A DNA stretch of 64,000 nt from Candidatus Marinacidobacterales bacterium (lineage in GTDB: Bacteria > Acidobacteriota > Vicinamibacteria > Marinacidobacterales > SMYC01). The stretch's first letter is position 1. Every line of letters starts with the position of its first letter. This document shows, in pieces, positions 18,983 through 28,182 of this stretch. The translations under genes and the position numbers were made by a program. The notes under the pieces are model-generated. The model saw only the letters and a list, made by a program, of their open reading frames with translations, was not told the DNA's origin and made no database searches. The DNA is taken from assembly GCA_965237955.1 (NCBI GenBank), contig OZ250169.1:7456001-7520000 (forward strand), given 5' to 3'.

Positions 18983-19628
18983 GACCCGTCGCGAACTGCT
19001 CACGCAGAACCTCGTCGACTTCGTCGGGGTCGAAGTAGAAGGGTCCGATGCCGCCTTTGTATACGATACGTCCGCTGGTGTCGATGACGTAGAACCGCTC
19101 CGGCCACGCGGCGTAACACGCCATGGCGGTGTTCTCGATGTCGTCTAGAAGTGTCTCGGTTTCGACGTCCATCTGATCGACGAACGCTCGTGCAAGCTCC
19201 CGGCGCTCGTCGATGGTCGTCGGCTGCGTATAAACGACGCCCGTGTCTTCGTTATCCGCCATTTGCCATTCGTCCTCGGGATGCGCCTCCTTGACGTACA
19301 CGATGACGAAATGGGCGACTTCCTTGTACTTCACCGAAAGCTCTTCGATGCGCGCCAACCTGGCGCGAAACGGCGGTCACGTGTAGCTACCAAAAGTAAG
19401 AACGAGCGGTTTTTCCGCGTAGAGCTCTGAGATGCGTCGCGTCCCGCCACCGTCCATCGTCAAGAGCTCGACGTCGGGCGCGAGGTCGCCTACCCGAAGC
19501 GAGCCCTCGGTACGGATGTCGTACTCGTTGATTCGGATCCACGCGCGTTTCGTGGCCTCGAAGTAGCCCCAGCCTCCGAGCGCGAGGACGATGAGCGCTA
19601 CCGCACCAACTCCAATCCATTTCTTCAT
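18975..19628 (-). CDS. Iodothyronine deiodinase-like selenoprotein (217 aa, Sec at UGA 19377-19379)
   Basis: ORFs 19377-19628 and 18975-19358 are in the same frame. Read-through gives KPLVLTFGSYT-U-PPFRAR...VYVKEAHPEDEW...YAAWPERFYVI, the deiodinase signatures. N-terminal TM helix. Confidence 0.9.
19351..19367 (-). promoter_or_regulatory. Bacterial SECIS-like hairpin
   Basis: 9 nt after the UGA: CGCGCCA-GGU-UGGCGCG, with a G-starting apical loop about 16 nt from the UGA. Confidence 0.7.
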
Positions 19629-19688
19629 CGAAGTCTCCCTCCTGCCGAGTAGCGCTCAGCCTACAGAGCAGGCGGGCGATTGGCAACG

Positions 19689-20066
19689 CTACCGGCTCAC
19701 GATCCCTACACGTTCGACGCCGTTACCGCGCGCAATGTCGAGAACGGCGATCACTTCCGCGTAGCGCAGCCGTTCGTGCGCTCTCAAGAACAAGCTCTTG
19801 TCGGTGCGGGTTTCAAGGATGTCACGGATGCGCATCGGAAGCTCGTCCCGGGCAATCGCTTGCCGGTTGATGGTGACGTTTCCGTCGCGATCGATATCCA
19901 ACACCAGAGCCTCGGTGGGTGCATCAGGCGGTGCCGTGTCCGTTTCGGGGAGGACGACGTCCAGACCCATCTGGGACAGAGGCGTGGCGATCATGAACAG
20001 GATGAGCATCACGAGCATGACATCGATGATGGGCGTCACGTTGATATCACGGTGCATCCTTTGCAT
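19689..20066 (-). CDS. ExbD/TolR family biopolymer transport protein
   Basis: DINVTPIIDVMLVMLILFMIATP motif. GAGGAGG RBS precedes ATG 20066. Confidence 0.88.
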   Translation of the reverse strand: MQRMHRDINVTPIIDVMLVMLILFMIATPLSQMGLDVVLPETDTAPPDAPTEALVLDIDRDGNVTINRQAIARDELPMRIRDILETRTDKSLFLRAHERLRYAEVIAVLDIARGNGVERVGIVSR

Positions 20067-20136
20067 GGTGGCCTCCTCGGTGTATTGGACACCGAGCCGC
20101 GCCGGAGGTTCCCGATATAATCCCGTCCACGAGTGA

Positions 20137-20584
20137 CGAGCAGAAGACGTTCGACGTAGGCGCGAGATCTTCACTGACAAAGTCGCGTTCAACAAAGTTC
20201 TCGGGGTTGAAATCGAATCGATGTCGTTCGAAAGCGCGACGATCCGCTTCGTCAGCCGAGCCGAGCTCATCGGCAACTTCGTACATAAAAGTCTCCACGT
20301 CGTCGTCGTTTCGGCAACGCTCGACCTCACTGGTGGGCTAGTCGCGTATTTGAGCGTTTTGAACGATGGAAGGCAGAACGTCCCAAGAGAAGAGGGAGCG
20401 ACTCGCGAACGTCGGACCGATCGACCTGAGGATCGACTACTTGAGGCCGGGCCTCGGCAAGCACTTCATCGCGACCGAATCGATCCTGCGGGCAGGCAAC
20501 AAGGTCGCCGTTTCTCGAATGGACCTCCACAACGAGGAAAGGGCCCACATCGCCACCGGGACAGGCACCTACTTGGTCGGCTGA
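20137..20584 (+). pseudogene. YigI/PaaI hot-dog thioesterase, frameshifted
   Basis: FNKVLG...ELIGN...LHVVVVSATLDLTGG in one frame and [11 protein letters not shown]...LRAGNKVAV...GTYLVG in another (shift near 20360). The LHGG motif is altered and there is no in-frame start. Confidence 0.75.
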
Positions 20585-20779
20585 ACACGAGTCGCCGCGC
20601 GCTCGCGGCGACGGACAGAGTGCACTCCACAGGGGACAGCCACGACGCTCTCAAGTCGATCGACGAACTCCAGCATCTTGGCATTCATAGCGTGGCATCA
20701 GCGTGGCCGTGGGCTGGCACGCCTCGTGCACTCGAGGTCCGTCGAGTAGGTGAAGCGGGGAAAACAAAGGAGTCGGGAA

Positions 20780-21274
20780 ATGAGACGGAAAGCTGAAACG
20801 ATGGGAATCGCACTGATTTTGGGACTGGTTTCGGTGTGGACAGGCTGCGCGACGATACTGAAGGGCACCGGTCAAGGCATGAGCATCACGAGCCGGCCGT
20901 CGGGGGCGGAGGTCCTCGTCGACAACGAGTCGAAGGGAATCACGCCGGTTTCGGCCAAGCTCCGGCGCAAGGAAAACCATACCGTCGTGATCCGCCTCGA
21001 TGGCTATGAGCCCTACGAAACCGTCCTCACCCGACAGACGAGCGGATGGGTGTTCGGCAACATTCTGTTCGGACCGGGTGTGGTCATCGGTATCGCCGTG
21101 GACGCTATCTCGGGCGGGATGTACAAGTTCGAACCGAGCAGCGTGAATGCCGACTTGGGCACGACGGCAAAGGCGACATCATCCGACGGGAAACTTCACG
21201 TCGTATTGGTTCCGAAAGCGAATCCCGATTGGATCAAGGTTGGACAGCTCGAACGCGTGGCCGCTTGGGAATAA
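20780..21274 (+). CDS. PEGA-domain putative lipoprotein
   Basis: Lipobox-like WTGC; ITSRPSGAEVLVD...GITP...RLDGYE; GWVFGNIL. Confidence 0.8.
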   Translation: MRRKAETMGIALILGLVSVWTGCATILKGTGQGMSITSRPSGAEVLVDNESKGITPVSAKLRRKENHTVVIRLDGYEPYETVLTRQTSGWVFGNILFGPGVVIGIAVDAISGGMYKFEPSSVNADLGTTAKATSSDGKLHVVLVPKANPDWIKVGQLERVAAWE

Positions 21275-21291
21275 ACCACATTCGGTCGAGG

Positions 21292-21660
21292 TCAACCGTC
21301 ATGGACCATCACGATCTCGAGGCGGGCAATCTTCCCGCCTCGGATCGTGAAAAGATCGTAGCCTTTCATCGGTGCCGGGAACACCGGTGACGTGCACGTC
21401 CAATACGCACGCGGTCGCCGTCCCGATCGGCGCGGTCGAGGACGAGCTTCATGTCGGGCGGAGGATCCTCCTTCCACGAGTCGCGGAAGGCCTCCCGAAT
21501 AGCTTCGAAGCCTTCATGCGTTTTCGGTTCACCGCTGAAGGGCTCGATGAAAACCGCGTCGTCCGCGAACAGCGACATCATGAGCTCCTCGCGCCGGGGC
21601 CCATTTGCATCGCCTTGAAAAGGTTATCGACAACTTGCTGTTCCACTGCGTCCACTGGCA
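21292..21660 (-). pseudogene. SnoaL/NTF2-like protein, frameshifted
   Basis: LFADDAVFIEPF...HEGFEAIR continues as AYWTCTSP...GYDLFTIRGGKIARLE in another frame (near 21408). A second shift lies near 21590. Confidence 0.7.
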
Positions 21661-21700
21661 TCGTTTCTACCTCGCTCGAATTCTGTTAATCTCGCTCGTG

Positions 21701-22113
21701 ATGGTGGAGAAAAAAGCCTCTCTGCAGCGTGACGATCTAATCCGCTTGCGCAAGCTCTTGAACCGTAAGGCGAACGCGAATGGATCAGTGCCGCTCGAAG
21801 AGCTCGCGCTCATGGCGGACCTGCCGGAAGAAACAGGCGTCACCATCGATTTCGAAGCAGCGGAAGAGCTGGGACATCCGTTGGTCGTGCTGCGCCCCAG
21901 CGAGGCGCTTGCCTCCGCCCTGGAGTCTTTGAGCACTCGAGAGCGCGAAGTTGCCGCCCTGGTCGCCAAGGGGCTGACCAACAAAGAAATCGCCGCACGT
22001 CTCCACATCGCACTCGGAACCGTAAAAGATCACGTCCACAACATGCTCGAAAAACAGGCCTCGCGAACCGAACCGCGCGCGCAATGACCTTTCGAGCTTC
22101 CGCCTTTGGATAG
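21701..22113 (+). pseudogene. LuxR-type HTH regulator with C-terminal frameshift
   Basis: [42 protein letters not shown]. Adding one A to the A5 run at 22050-22054 restores KTGLANRT. As written, the ORF stops at 22087. Confidence 0.7.
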
Positions 22114-22126
22114 GAATTGACGCTCC

Positions 22127-24187
22127 ATGCTCGCACCCGGTAAGCGTCTTGCCCACTACGAAGTGCTCGGCACATTGGGCAAAGGAGGTATGGGCGAGGT
22201 CTATCTCGCGAACGACACGAAGCTCGATCGCAAGGTGGCGCTCAAAGTGCTCCCGGCGGAGATGGCGACCGACCCGGAGCGGCTGTCGCGCTTCCAGCGT
22301 GAAGCGAAAGCCGTGGCCGCACTGAACCACCCCAACATCGTCACTATCCACTCGGTCGAACAGGCGGACGATGTACATTTCCTGACGATGGAGCTGGTGG
22401 AAGGGAAAACGCTCGATGCACGGATTCCCGACGGCGGCATGGAGCTCTACGATTTCCTCGAGGTCGCCGTTCCGCTGGCGGAAGGGCTCGGCGCCGCTCA
22501 CGACAAAGGCATCGCCCATCGTGACCTGAAGCCGGGCAACGTCATGGCCGGCGACGACGGCCGGGTCAAGATTCTCGATTTCGGTCTCGCCAAGCATCTC
22601 CGAGCCGCGCCGTCGGTTTCATCGGAGCTCGAGACGACGCCCCAGACGCGTAAGGGAACGATCCTGGGGACCGCTCCGTACATGTCACCCGAGCAGGTCG
22701 AGGGCAAAGATGTCGACGTTCGCAGCGATGTTTTCTCGTTGGGCATCATTCTCTATGAGATGGCAAGCGGTGACCGGCCGTTTCAAGGTGACAGCGCCAT
22801 GAGGTTGTTCTCGGCGATCTTGAAGGATGCGCCCGAGCCCATCGACCACGTGCCCGAGGCCGTGGCCCGCATCATCGAGCGATGCCTGGAGAAGGATCCC
22901 TCCGACCGGTTCGAGAGCGCCCGTGAGGTACACGCCACGCTCGCCCAGCTCAAGCAAGGAACTCGCGAGGCGATCGCGAGCTCCGAGAAAGAGATTCCAT
23001 GGATCGCCGTTCTTCCGTTCCGTAATCGAAGCTCTGACCCCGAACTCGAAAGTTTCGGCGACGTCCTCGCCGAAGACATCATCACTGGGCTTTCGCGCTT
23101 TCCATACTATTTCATCGTCGCCGCTAGCTCGACGTTCTGGTTCAAAGGGAGCGAGCAAGACGTCCGCGCTGTCGCTCGGGAGCTCGGCGCACGCTACGTT
23201 CTCGAAGGAAGCGTGAGGACAGCCAACCAAAGCATCCGGGTCAACGCGCAACTATCGGACGCGGTCACGGGAACCGGCCTGTGGGCAGAGACTTTCGATC
23301 GAGACTCGAGCTCACAAGATGTTTTCGCTTTGCAGGACGAGCTTACCGATCGCATCGTGGCGACCATAGCCGATACGCACGGGGTGATCGCTCGTTCGAT
23401 GGGCGCGCTGGTGCGATCGAAACCGGCGGAGCAATTGAGTGCGTACGAATCCATCCTGCAGTACTTCGCCTTCCTCGAAGGCGCGACTTTGAACGAGTAC
23501 GTCAAGGCACGGACCGCGCTCGAGCGTGCCGTCGAGAAAGAACCTCGTTACTCCAGCGCGTGGGCATGCCTCGCCGCCGTCTATGTGGACGACTTTCGTT
23601 TTTTCGAGCAAATGGAAGACCCGCTCGGGCGCGCACTCCGTGCTGCTCGCAAAGCAGTCGAGCTCGACCCCACGAATTCCGTGGCGCACCTCGTGCTTGC
23701 ATTGGCGAGTTTCTTCCGCCGCGACTTCGGAGTTTTCCATTCCGCCGCCGAGCGCGCGATCGCACTCAACCCGAGAGACGCCGGCGCGATTGGTCAGCTG
23801 GGTATCCTCATCTCTTACACTGGCGATTGGGACGGTGGGCTTCGGATCACGCGGAAGGCGATGAAGCTCAACCCTCATCATCCCGGATGGTTTTACTTCA
23901 GCGAGTTCTACGACCACTATCGAAAGCAAGAGTTCGAACCGGCTCTGGTGAGCGCGCAAAAGATAAACATGCCCGGCCACGCCCTCTTCCATGCCGCCGT
24001 CGCCGCTGCTGCTGGGCAATTGGGCCTGAGCCAAGAGGCCAAGGTCGCGGCCGGCGAGCTCCTCGAAGTTTTTCCGGACATCGGCGAGAAGGCCCGTTCG
24101 ATGTACGCCGTCTGGAATTTCTCGGAGGAGCTCATCGACGAGCTCATCGACGGGCTCGAGAAGGCTGGGATCGAGGGTTTGGACTAG
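22127..24187 (+). CDS. Ser/Thr protein kinase with TolB-like and TPR C-terminal region
   Basis: LGKGGMGEVY, VALK, HRDLKPGN, DFGLAK and GTAPYMSPEQ motifs; IAVLPF...LEGSVR; TPR-like helices. Confidence 0.93.
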   Translation: MLAPGKRLAHYEVLGTLGKGGMGEVYLANDTKLDRKVALKVLPAEMATDPERLSRFQREAKAVAALNHPNIVTIHSVEQADDVHFLTMELVEGKTLDARIPDGGMELYDFLEVAVPLAEGLGAAHDKGIAHRDLKPGNVMAGDDGRVKILDFGLAKHLRAAPSVSSELETTPQTRKGTILGTAPYMSPEQVEGKDVDVRSDVFSLGIILYEMASGDRPFQGDSAMRLFSAILKDAPEPIDHVPEAVARIIERCLEKDPSDRFESAREVHATLAQLKQGTREAIASSEKEIPWIAVLPFRNRSSDPELESFGDVLAEDIITGLSRFPYYFIVAASSTFWFKGSEQDVRAVARELGARYVLEGSVRTANQSIRVNAQLSDAVTGTGLWAETFDRDSSSQDVFALQDELTDRIVATIADTHGVIARSMGALVRSKPAEQLSAYESILQYFAFLEGATLNEYVKARTALERAVEKEPRYSSAWACLAAVYVDDFRFFEQMEDPLGRALRAARKAVELDPTNSVAHLVLALASFFRRDFGVFHSAAERAIALNPRDAGAIGQLGILISYTGDWDGGLRITRKAMKLNPHHPGWFYFSEFYDHYRKQEFEPALVSAQKINMPGHALFHAAVAAAAGQLGLSQEAKVAAGELLEVFPDIGEKARSMYAVWNFSEELIDELIDGLEKAGIEGLD

Positions 24188-24291
24188 GCGTTCCTGGCGC
24201 CCATCCCGTGGTTAGAAGGCTCGACGGAGCCATCTAGGAACGATTTGTCTCATGACGGAATATCTGCCATTTTGGAGTTAATGTCGCCGTT

Positions 24292-24646
24292 TTGAGACTC
24301 AAAATAGAAACTCCGGGTCGACTTATCCGCCCCCCTGAGGGGAGCTTCTTCCTGTTCGGCCCACGCGGAACGGGGAAAACGACCTGGTTGCGGGAGAATT
24401 TTCCCAAAGCGCTTTTCATCGATTTGCTCAAGCCGGATGTCCATCGAACGCTCATCGCCCGGCCCGCGCGCCGCGCGGAAATCGCGTAAGGAGCGCCGGG
24501 CGAAATCGTCGTCCTCGACGAGGTGCAGCGCGTTCCCAAGCTCCTCAACGTCGTCCACGACCTTGTCGAGCGAGAGAAAGATCGCCGTTTCATTCCTACG
24601 GGCTCGAGTGCACGAATGCTCCGGCGAGGAGGCGTCGACCTCCTCC
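24292..24646 (+). pseudogene. AAA_14/DUF4143-type ATPase N-terminal remnant
   Basis: GPRGTGKT Walker A, in-frame TAA at 24487, then LDEVQR and TGSSAR.LRRGGVDLL; truncated after that. Confidence 0.8.
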
Positions 24647-24721
24647 CGATGTGTTCGCTCAGAACGAGAGCGGCTCGCACGGTTCCAAAGAGAAGCGAGC
24701 GTCGATGCCGGTCCGCGCGTT

Positions 24722-25027
24722 TTACGCCGCCGATGTCTTTTTCATCGCCTGGTGCAAATCCCAGTCGGCCTGCAGATGCATCCAGAACTGCGGCGTCATC
24801 TTGAACCGGCGCGCGAGGCGAAGTGCCGTGTCCGCGGTGACTCCCCGCTTTCCGAGGACGAGCTCGTTCAGACGATTCACGGACATTCCGAGCTGCCGTG
24901 CGGCCTCCACCTGAGTGAGACCGAGAGGCACGAGAAACTCCTCCCGCAGCATCTCACCCGGGTGTACCGCAGGCCCGAGCCACGCGGGATCACGAATGAT
25001 AGGCTTCGCAGCAGACTTCGTAGGCAT
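24722..25027 (-). CDS. higA: HigA family antitoxin
   Basis: HPGEMLREEFL.PLGLTQ...GKRGVTADTALRLAR...FWMHLQ. Confidence 0.92.
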   Translation of the reverse strand: MPTKSAAKPIIRDPAWLGPAVHPGEMLREEFLVPLGLTQVEAARQLGMSVNRLNELVLGKRGVTADTALRLARRFKMTPQFWMHLQADWDLHQAMKKTSAA

Positions 25028-25283
25028 GATTTCCCTCCCACCGGAACGTCACCCGGTACTGCTCGTTCACCCGGATGCTATGACGACCGCGCTGATTTCC
25101 CTTGAGAGCCTCTGAGCGGTTGCCTGGCGGACTGCCGAGAGCCGAGAGCCGCTGCGCGACGTCCAACATTTTCAGCTTCCGGCGGACGACCGGCCAAAGG
25201 TCTTTCGGAATGCGCCGAGCCTCTTTCGTGGAGCGCTCCCGGAACAAATCGGCCGTCGTTTCATCGGCGAACGACTGAATCAT
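24990..25283 (-). CDS. higB: HigB (RelE-like) toxin
   Basis: MIQSFAD..T..LF...RKLKML...PPGNR.EALKG...HSIRVNEQYRVTFRW. Toxin-first gene order. Confidence 0.9.
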   Translation of the reverse strand: MIQSFADETTADLFRERSTKEARRIPKDLWPVVRRKLKMLDVAQRLSALGSPPGNRSEALKGNQRGRHSIRVNEQYRVTFRWEGNHAYEVCCEAYHS

Positions 25284-25612
25284 TCTCTATTACATAATAC
25301 ACGTGGATCATGTAACCAAGTTCGATCTTCGGAGGCCAACTTCGAGACCCCAATCTCTCTCGGGCCAAGCGCCCACGACGACGAACTTGCGCATCGAGAA
25401 CATCCCTATAGAGGAAGGCGAGATGACGCCGCAGGTAGCGTCGCGCGTCGCGAGTCCGGATTTCTTCCGCTGTCCTCTCCCCCGAAGCGTCCTACGCCAG
25501 TGGCACATTGGAAGGTCGATAGCGCGCCCCCGACTTCGCGGCGGTCGGCAACGAGTAGCTCGACTTCATGGTGCTCGCTGCATATGATCCCGCCGGAAGG
25601 GAGGCGTCAACT

Positions 25613-26498
25613 GTGGAAGCTCGCCGAATTCTCGTACTCGCACTAGGATCGATTCTCACTGTAGGGCTCGTCGTGCTGCTCGTGGCCAAAGACGATCACG
25701 TCTCAGGCACTGCCAATGGAGAATGGCGGTACTGGGGCGGTGACGAACGTAGCAGTCGTTATTCCCCGCTCGATCAAATCAGCGCCGAACGTACACGTTC
25801 AACCGCAATCCGGGTGAACCGATTTGGCCCATCGAGGAGCGACCCGTTCCGAAAACTGACCTCCCTACCGAAGTCACGTCGCCGACGCAGCCGTTCGTGA
25901 CCAAGCCGGCGCCTTTCGAGCACCAGGGCATCCAGGAGGACGACCTCATCGACTTCACCCCGGAGCTCAGAGCCGAAGCGATCTCAGCGGTGAAGCCGTT
26001 CGGGATGGGCGGTCTGTTCACGCCGCCGTCGCCCGTCGACGCCTCGGACGGCACCGGAGGGACATTCTCGGTACCGGGTGGCTTCGGCGGCGCCAACATT
26101 CCAGGCGGCATCCCGGGCGATCCAGAAACCGGGATCATGTACGTCGCCACGGTGCGAGGCTATAGCATCTACGGGATCGAGCCCGGATCAGCGCAAGGCT
26201 CGAACGCTGGGTACGTATCCAAGGCTGGGGTGCGCACGAGCGTACAAGGGCTTCCCCTTCTCAAGCCGCCCTACGGAAGCATCGTCGCCATCGACATGAA
26301 CACCGGCGAGCACGCGTGGCGTATTCCCAACGGGGACACGCCCGACAACATCAAAAACCACCCGGGTGGAAATTCCAGCGCCGACGAACACGGCGCCAAT
26401 GACGTACATGCACAATGGCAGGCAGTACATCGTGCTCTCGGTCGCGGGTGAGGGCAATGCCGGCCGAGCACGTGGCTGTGACGCTCACCGAAGAATAG
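25613..26498 (+). pseudogene. PQQ-dependent glucose/quinate dehydrogenase-like gene with two large internal deletions
   Basis: N-terminus GEWRYWGGDERSSRYSPLDQI joins the mid-region GEPIWPIEERPVP...PTQPF...KPPYGSIVAIDMNTGE, then the C-terminus PMTYMHNGRQYIV, in different frames. Confidence 0.8.
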
Positions 26499-26502
26499 GA
26501 CT

Positions 26503-27219
26503 TTGACCTGGAAACACCGGCTCGGCGAGTGGGTCTACGCACGGTTCCGTGTCACACGATTCTTCGTCGAACTGGTGCGCACCGAGATCAACGCAACTGT
26601 CGTCGCGTTCAAGAACACGGTTCTCCCCAGGCGCCGGCGCCGACTTCGTAGGCTTCGAAAGCTAAAGGGAGCACGCGTCAACGTCGCTAGCGGCCCCTTC
26701 GTTCTTCCCGGGTTCGTGAACCTGGATTTGCTATCGAGTCATCCAGACGTTATCGAGTACGACTGTCGCTGGTCGCTTCCGTTCACCGACGCTACCGTGA
26801 CCGGGATTCGCGTAGAGCACTTCCTCGAGCACCTCGAACCGCGCCAGGAGCTCCCGGCTTTCCTCGCTGACTGTCATCGCGTGCTCGGGACCGGGGGCGT
26901 TGTCCGCATCGTCGTGCCCGATGCCGAGCGATTCGTGCGAGCCTATTGCAGTGACGGACTTGATGCGTTCGACGCGCTCGGCGTACCGTCACCGTTTCCC
27001 GAAGACTTGCCGACGCGCATGGATATCGTGAACCACACGTTCCACCAGTGGCACGAGCATCGGTGGGGCTACGACTTCGAAACCCTCGCGCACCGACTGA
27101 AACAAGCCGGATTCTCGAACGTCGAGCGCATGGAGTACCAGCGCTCGCTCGACGACGAGCTAGCGGTCGACCGCGACGAGCACGCGCCGTACTCCCTGTA
27201 CGTCGACGCTGTCAAATAG
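26503..27219 (+). CDS. SAM-dependent methyltransferase (type 11-like)
   Basis: NVASG, NLD, LPF.D, EHFLEHL and HRVL..GGVVRIVVPD motifs. TTG start uncertain. Confidence 0.75.
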   Translation: MTWKHRLGEWVYARFRVTRFFVELVRTEINATVVAFKNTVLPRRRRRLRRLRKLKGARVNVASGPFVLPGFVNLDLLSSHPDVIEYDCRWSLPFTDATVTGIRVEHFLEHLEPRQELPAFLADCHRVLGTGGVVRIVVPDAERFVRAYCSDGLDAFDALGVPSPFPEDLPTRMDIVNHTFHQWHEHRWGYDFETLAHRLKQAGFSNVERMEYQRSLDDELAVDRDEHAPYSLYVDAVK

Positions 27220-27230
27220 CGTGCGACTCG

Positions 27231-27258
27231 ATTCGGCATTCAGCATTCAGCATTCAGC
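27231..27258. repeat. Heptamer tandem repeat (ATTC[A/G]GC)x4
   Basis: attcggc attcagc attcagc attcagc directly after the methyltransferase stop. Confidence 0.85.
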
Positions 27259-27297
27259 ATCCGGTTCAATCTGGCCGTGACTCATTTCAGAAAATCA

Positions 27298-27368
27298 ACG
27301 CGAGGGCGCAAAGACGCGAAGAAGAGCGCTCACGACTTTGCGTCTTTGCGCCTCCGCGTCTTTGCGTT
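27298..27368. repeat. REP-like inverted repeat built from octamers
   Basis: acgcgagggcgcaaagacgcgaag ... ctttgcgt ctttgcgc ctccgcgt ctttgcgt, between convergent genes. Confidence 0.7.
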
Positions 27369-27397
27369 TGTTTCTTAGGGTTCGTATCCAGAACAAC

Positions 27398-28180
27398 CTA
27401 GCGTTCTAGCTCCACGGTGATGAGAACGATCTGTTGACGACGAAGTTGGTCTTTCTGTGCACCGCTCAGATCCGTCGTCGAGGATTGGGCGGCTTGCATC
27501 GTTTCGGCGAGGACGACGGTTTCGCCTGGCGATACCGTTACCGAAGTCGCCACGGCGATATAGGTCAACTCTCCGTTGTCTCCTGCGCGGCCGGCGAACG
27601 GTCTGAGCTCGAGGTGTGCTTGATCGCCTTCGAGCACTCGAGCTTTAGCCTCGAAACCGGTGTCGACGGGCACGAAGGTCGTGGAACCCCAATACGGTTC
27701 AAAGAGTACGGGGAGCGCTTTGCCGGTGCGCACGATTCCGGTGCCGCCTTCCAAGAGTCGCAAGCGGGAGCTCGCGCGGGTGGTCTCGTGCGCGCGCGTG
27801 GCATCGACACCGACTATGAGGCCGTTCGCCGCGAGCGGCGGGAGCGTTCCGATACTCAACGGACCCAAAGACGTCTTCCACGCGACGCGGACGCTGAGCG
27901 AGTCGAGGTCCTCGACCTCTCGTACGACACTTTCGATGACGACCTGGCGCAACGGACGATCCACTTGCTCGAGTAGCGCGAGCGCGCGCTGGATTGCTCG
28001 ATGCGACCCGTTCAAAACGAGCGTCGCCGTCCGGGCGTCGAGGGTCACCTGTCCCTCACTACCGAGAGCGTTCCTCGCGATCGGGACGAGCTCGGCGGCT
28101 GGGCGATAGCGGGCGCGGTAGAGCTCGATCGTCTGGGTCGCGCTTAGCGACGCTAGCAAGATTGCCATCAGTCCAGACAT
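27398..28180 (-). CDS. Short secretin-N (NolW-like) domain secreted protein
   Basis: YRPAAELVP...VTLDARTATLVL...LLEQVDRPLRQVVIE, followed by beta-rich C-terminus TSVTVSPGETVVL. Confidence 0.65.
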   Translation of the reverse strand: MSGLMAILLASLSATQTIELYRARYRPAAELVPIARNALGSEGQVTLDARTATLVLNGSHRAIQRALALLEQVDRPLRQVVIESVVREVEDLDSLSVRVAWKTSLGPLSIGTLPPLAANGLIVGVDATRAHETTRASSRLRLLEGGTGIVRTGKALPVLFEPYWGSTTFVPVDTGFEAKARVLEGDQAHLELRPFAGRAGDNGELTYIAVATSVTVSPGETVVLAETMQAAQSSTTDLSGAQKDQLRRQQIVLITVELER

Positions 28181-28182
28181 CG

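Noticed and set aside
24487-24489. Stop-codon recoding in the AAA ATPase or at the TAG in the rve remnant
   Set aside because: TAA is not a recoded codon, the TAG replaces a conserved Trp, and both genes are truncated in other ways.
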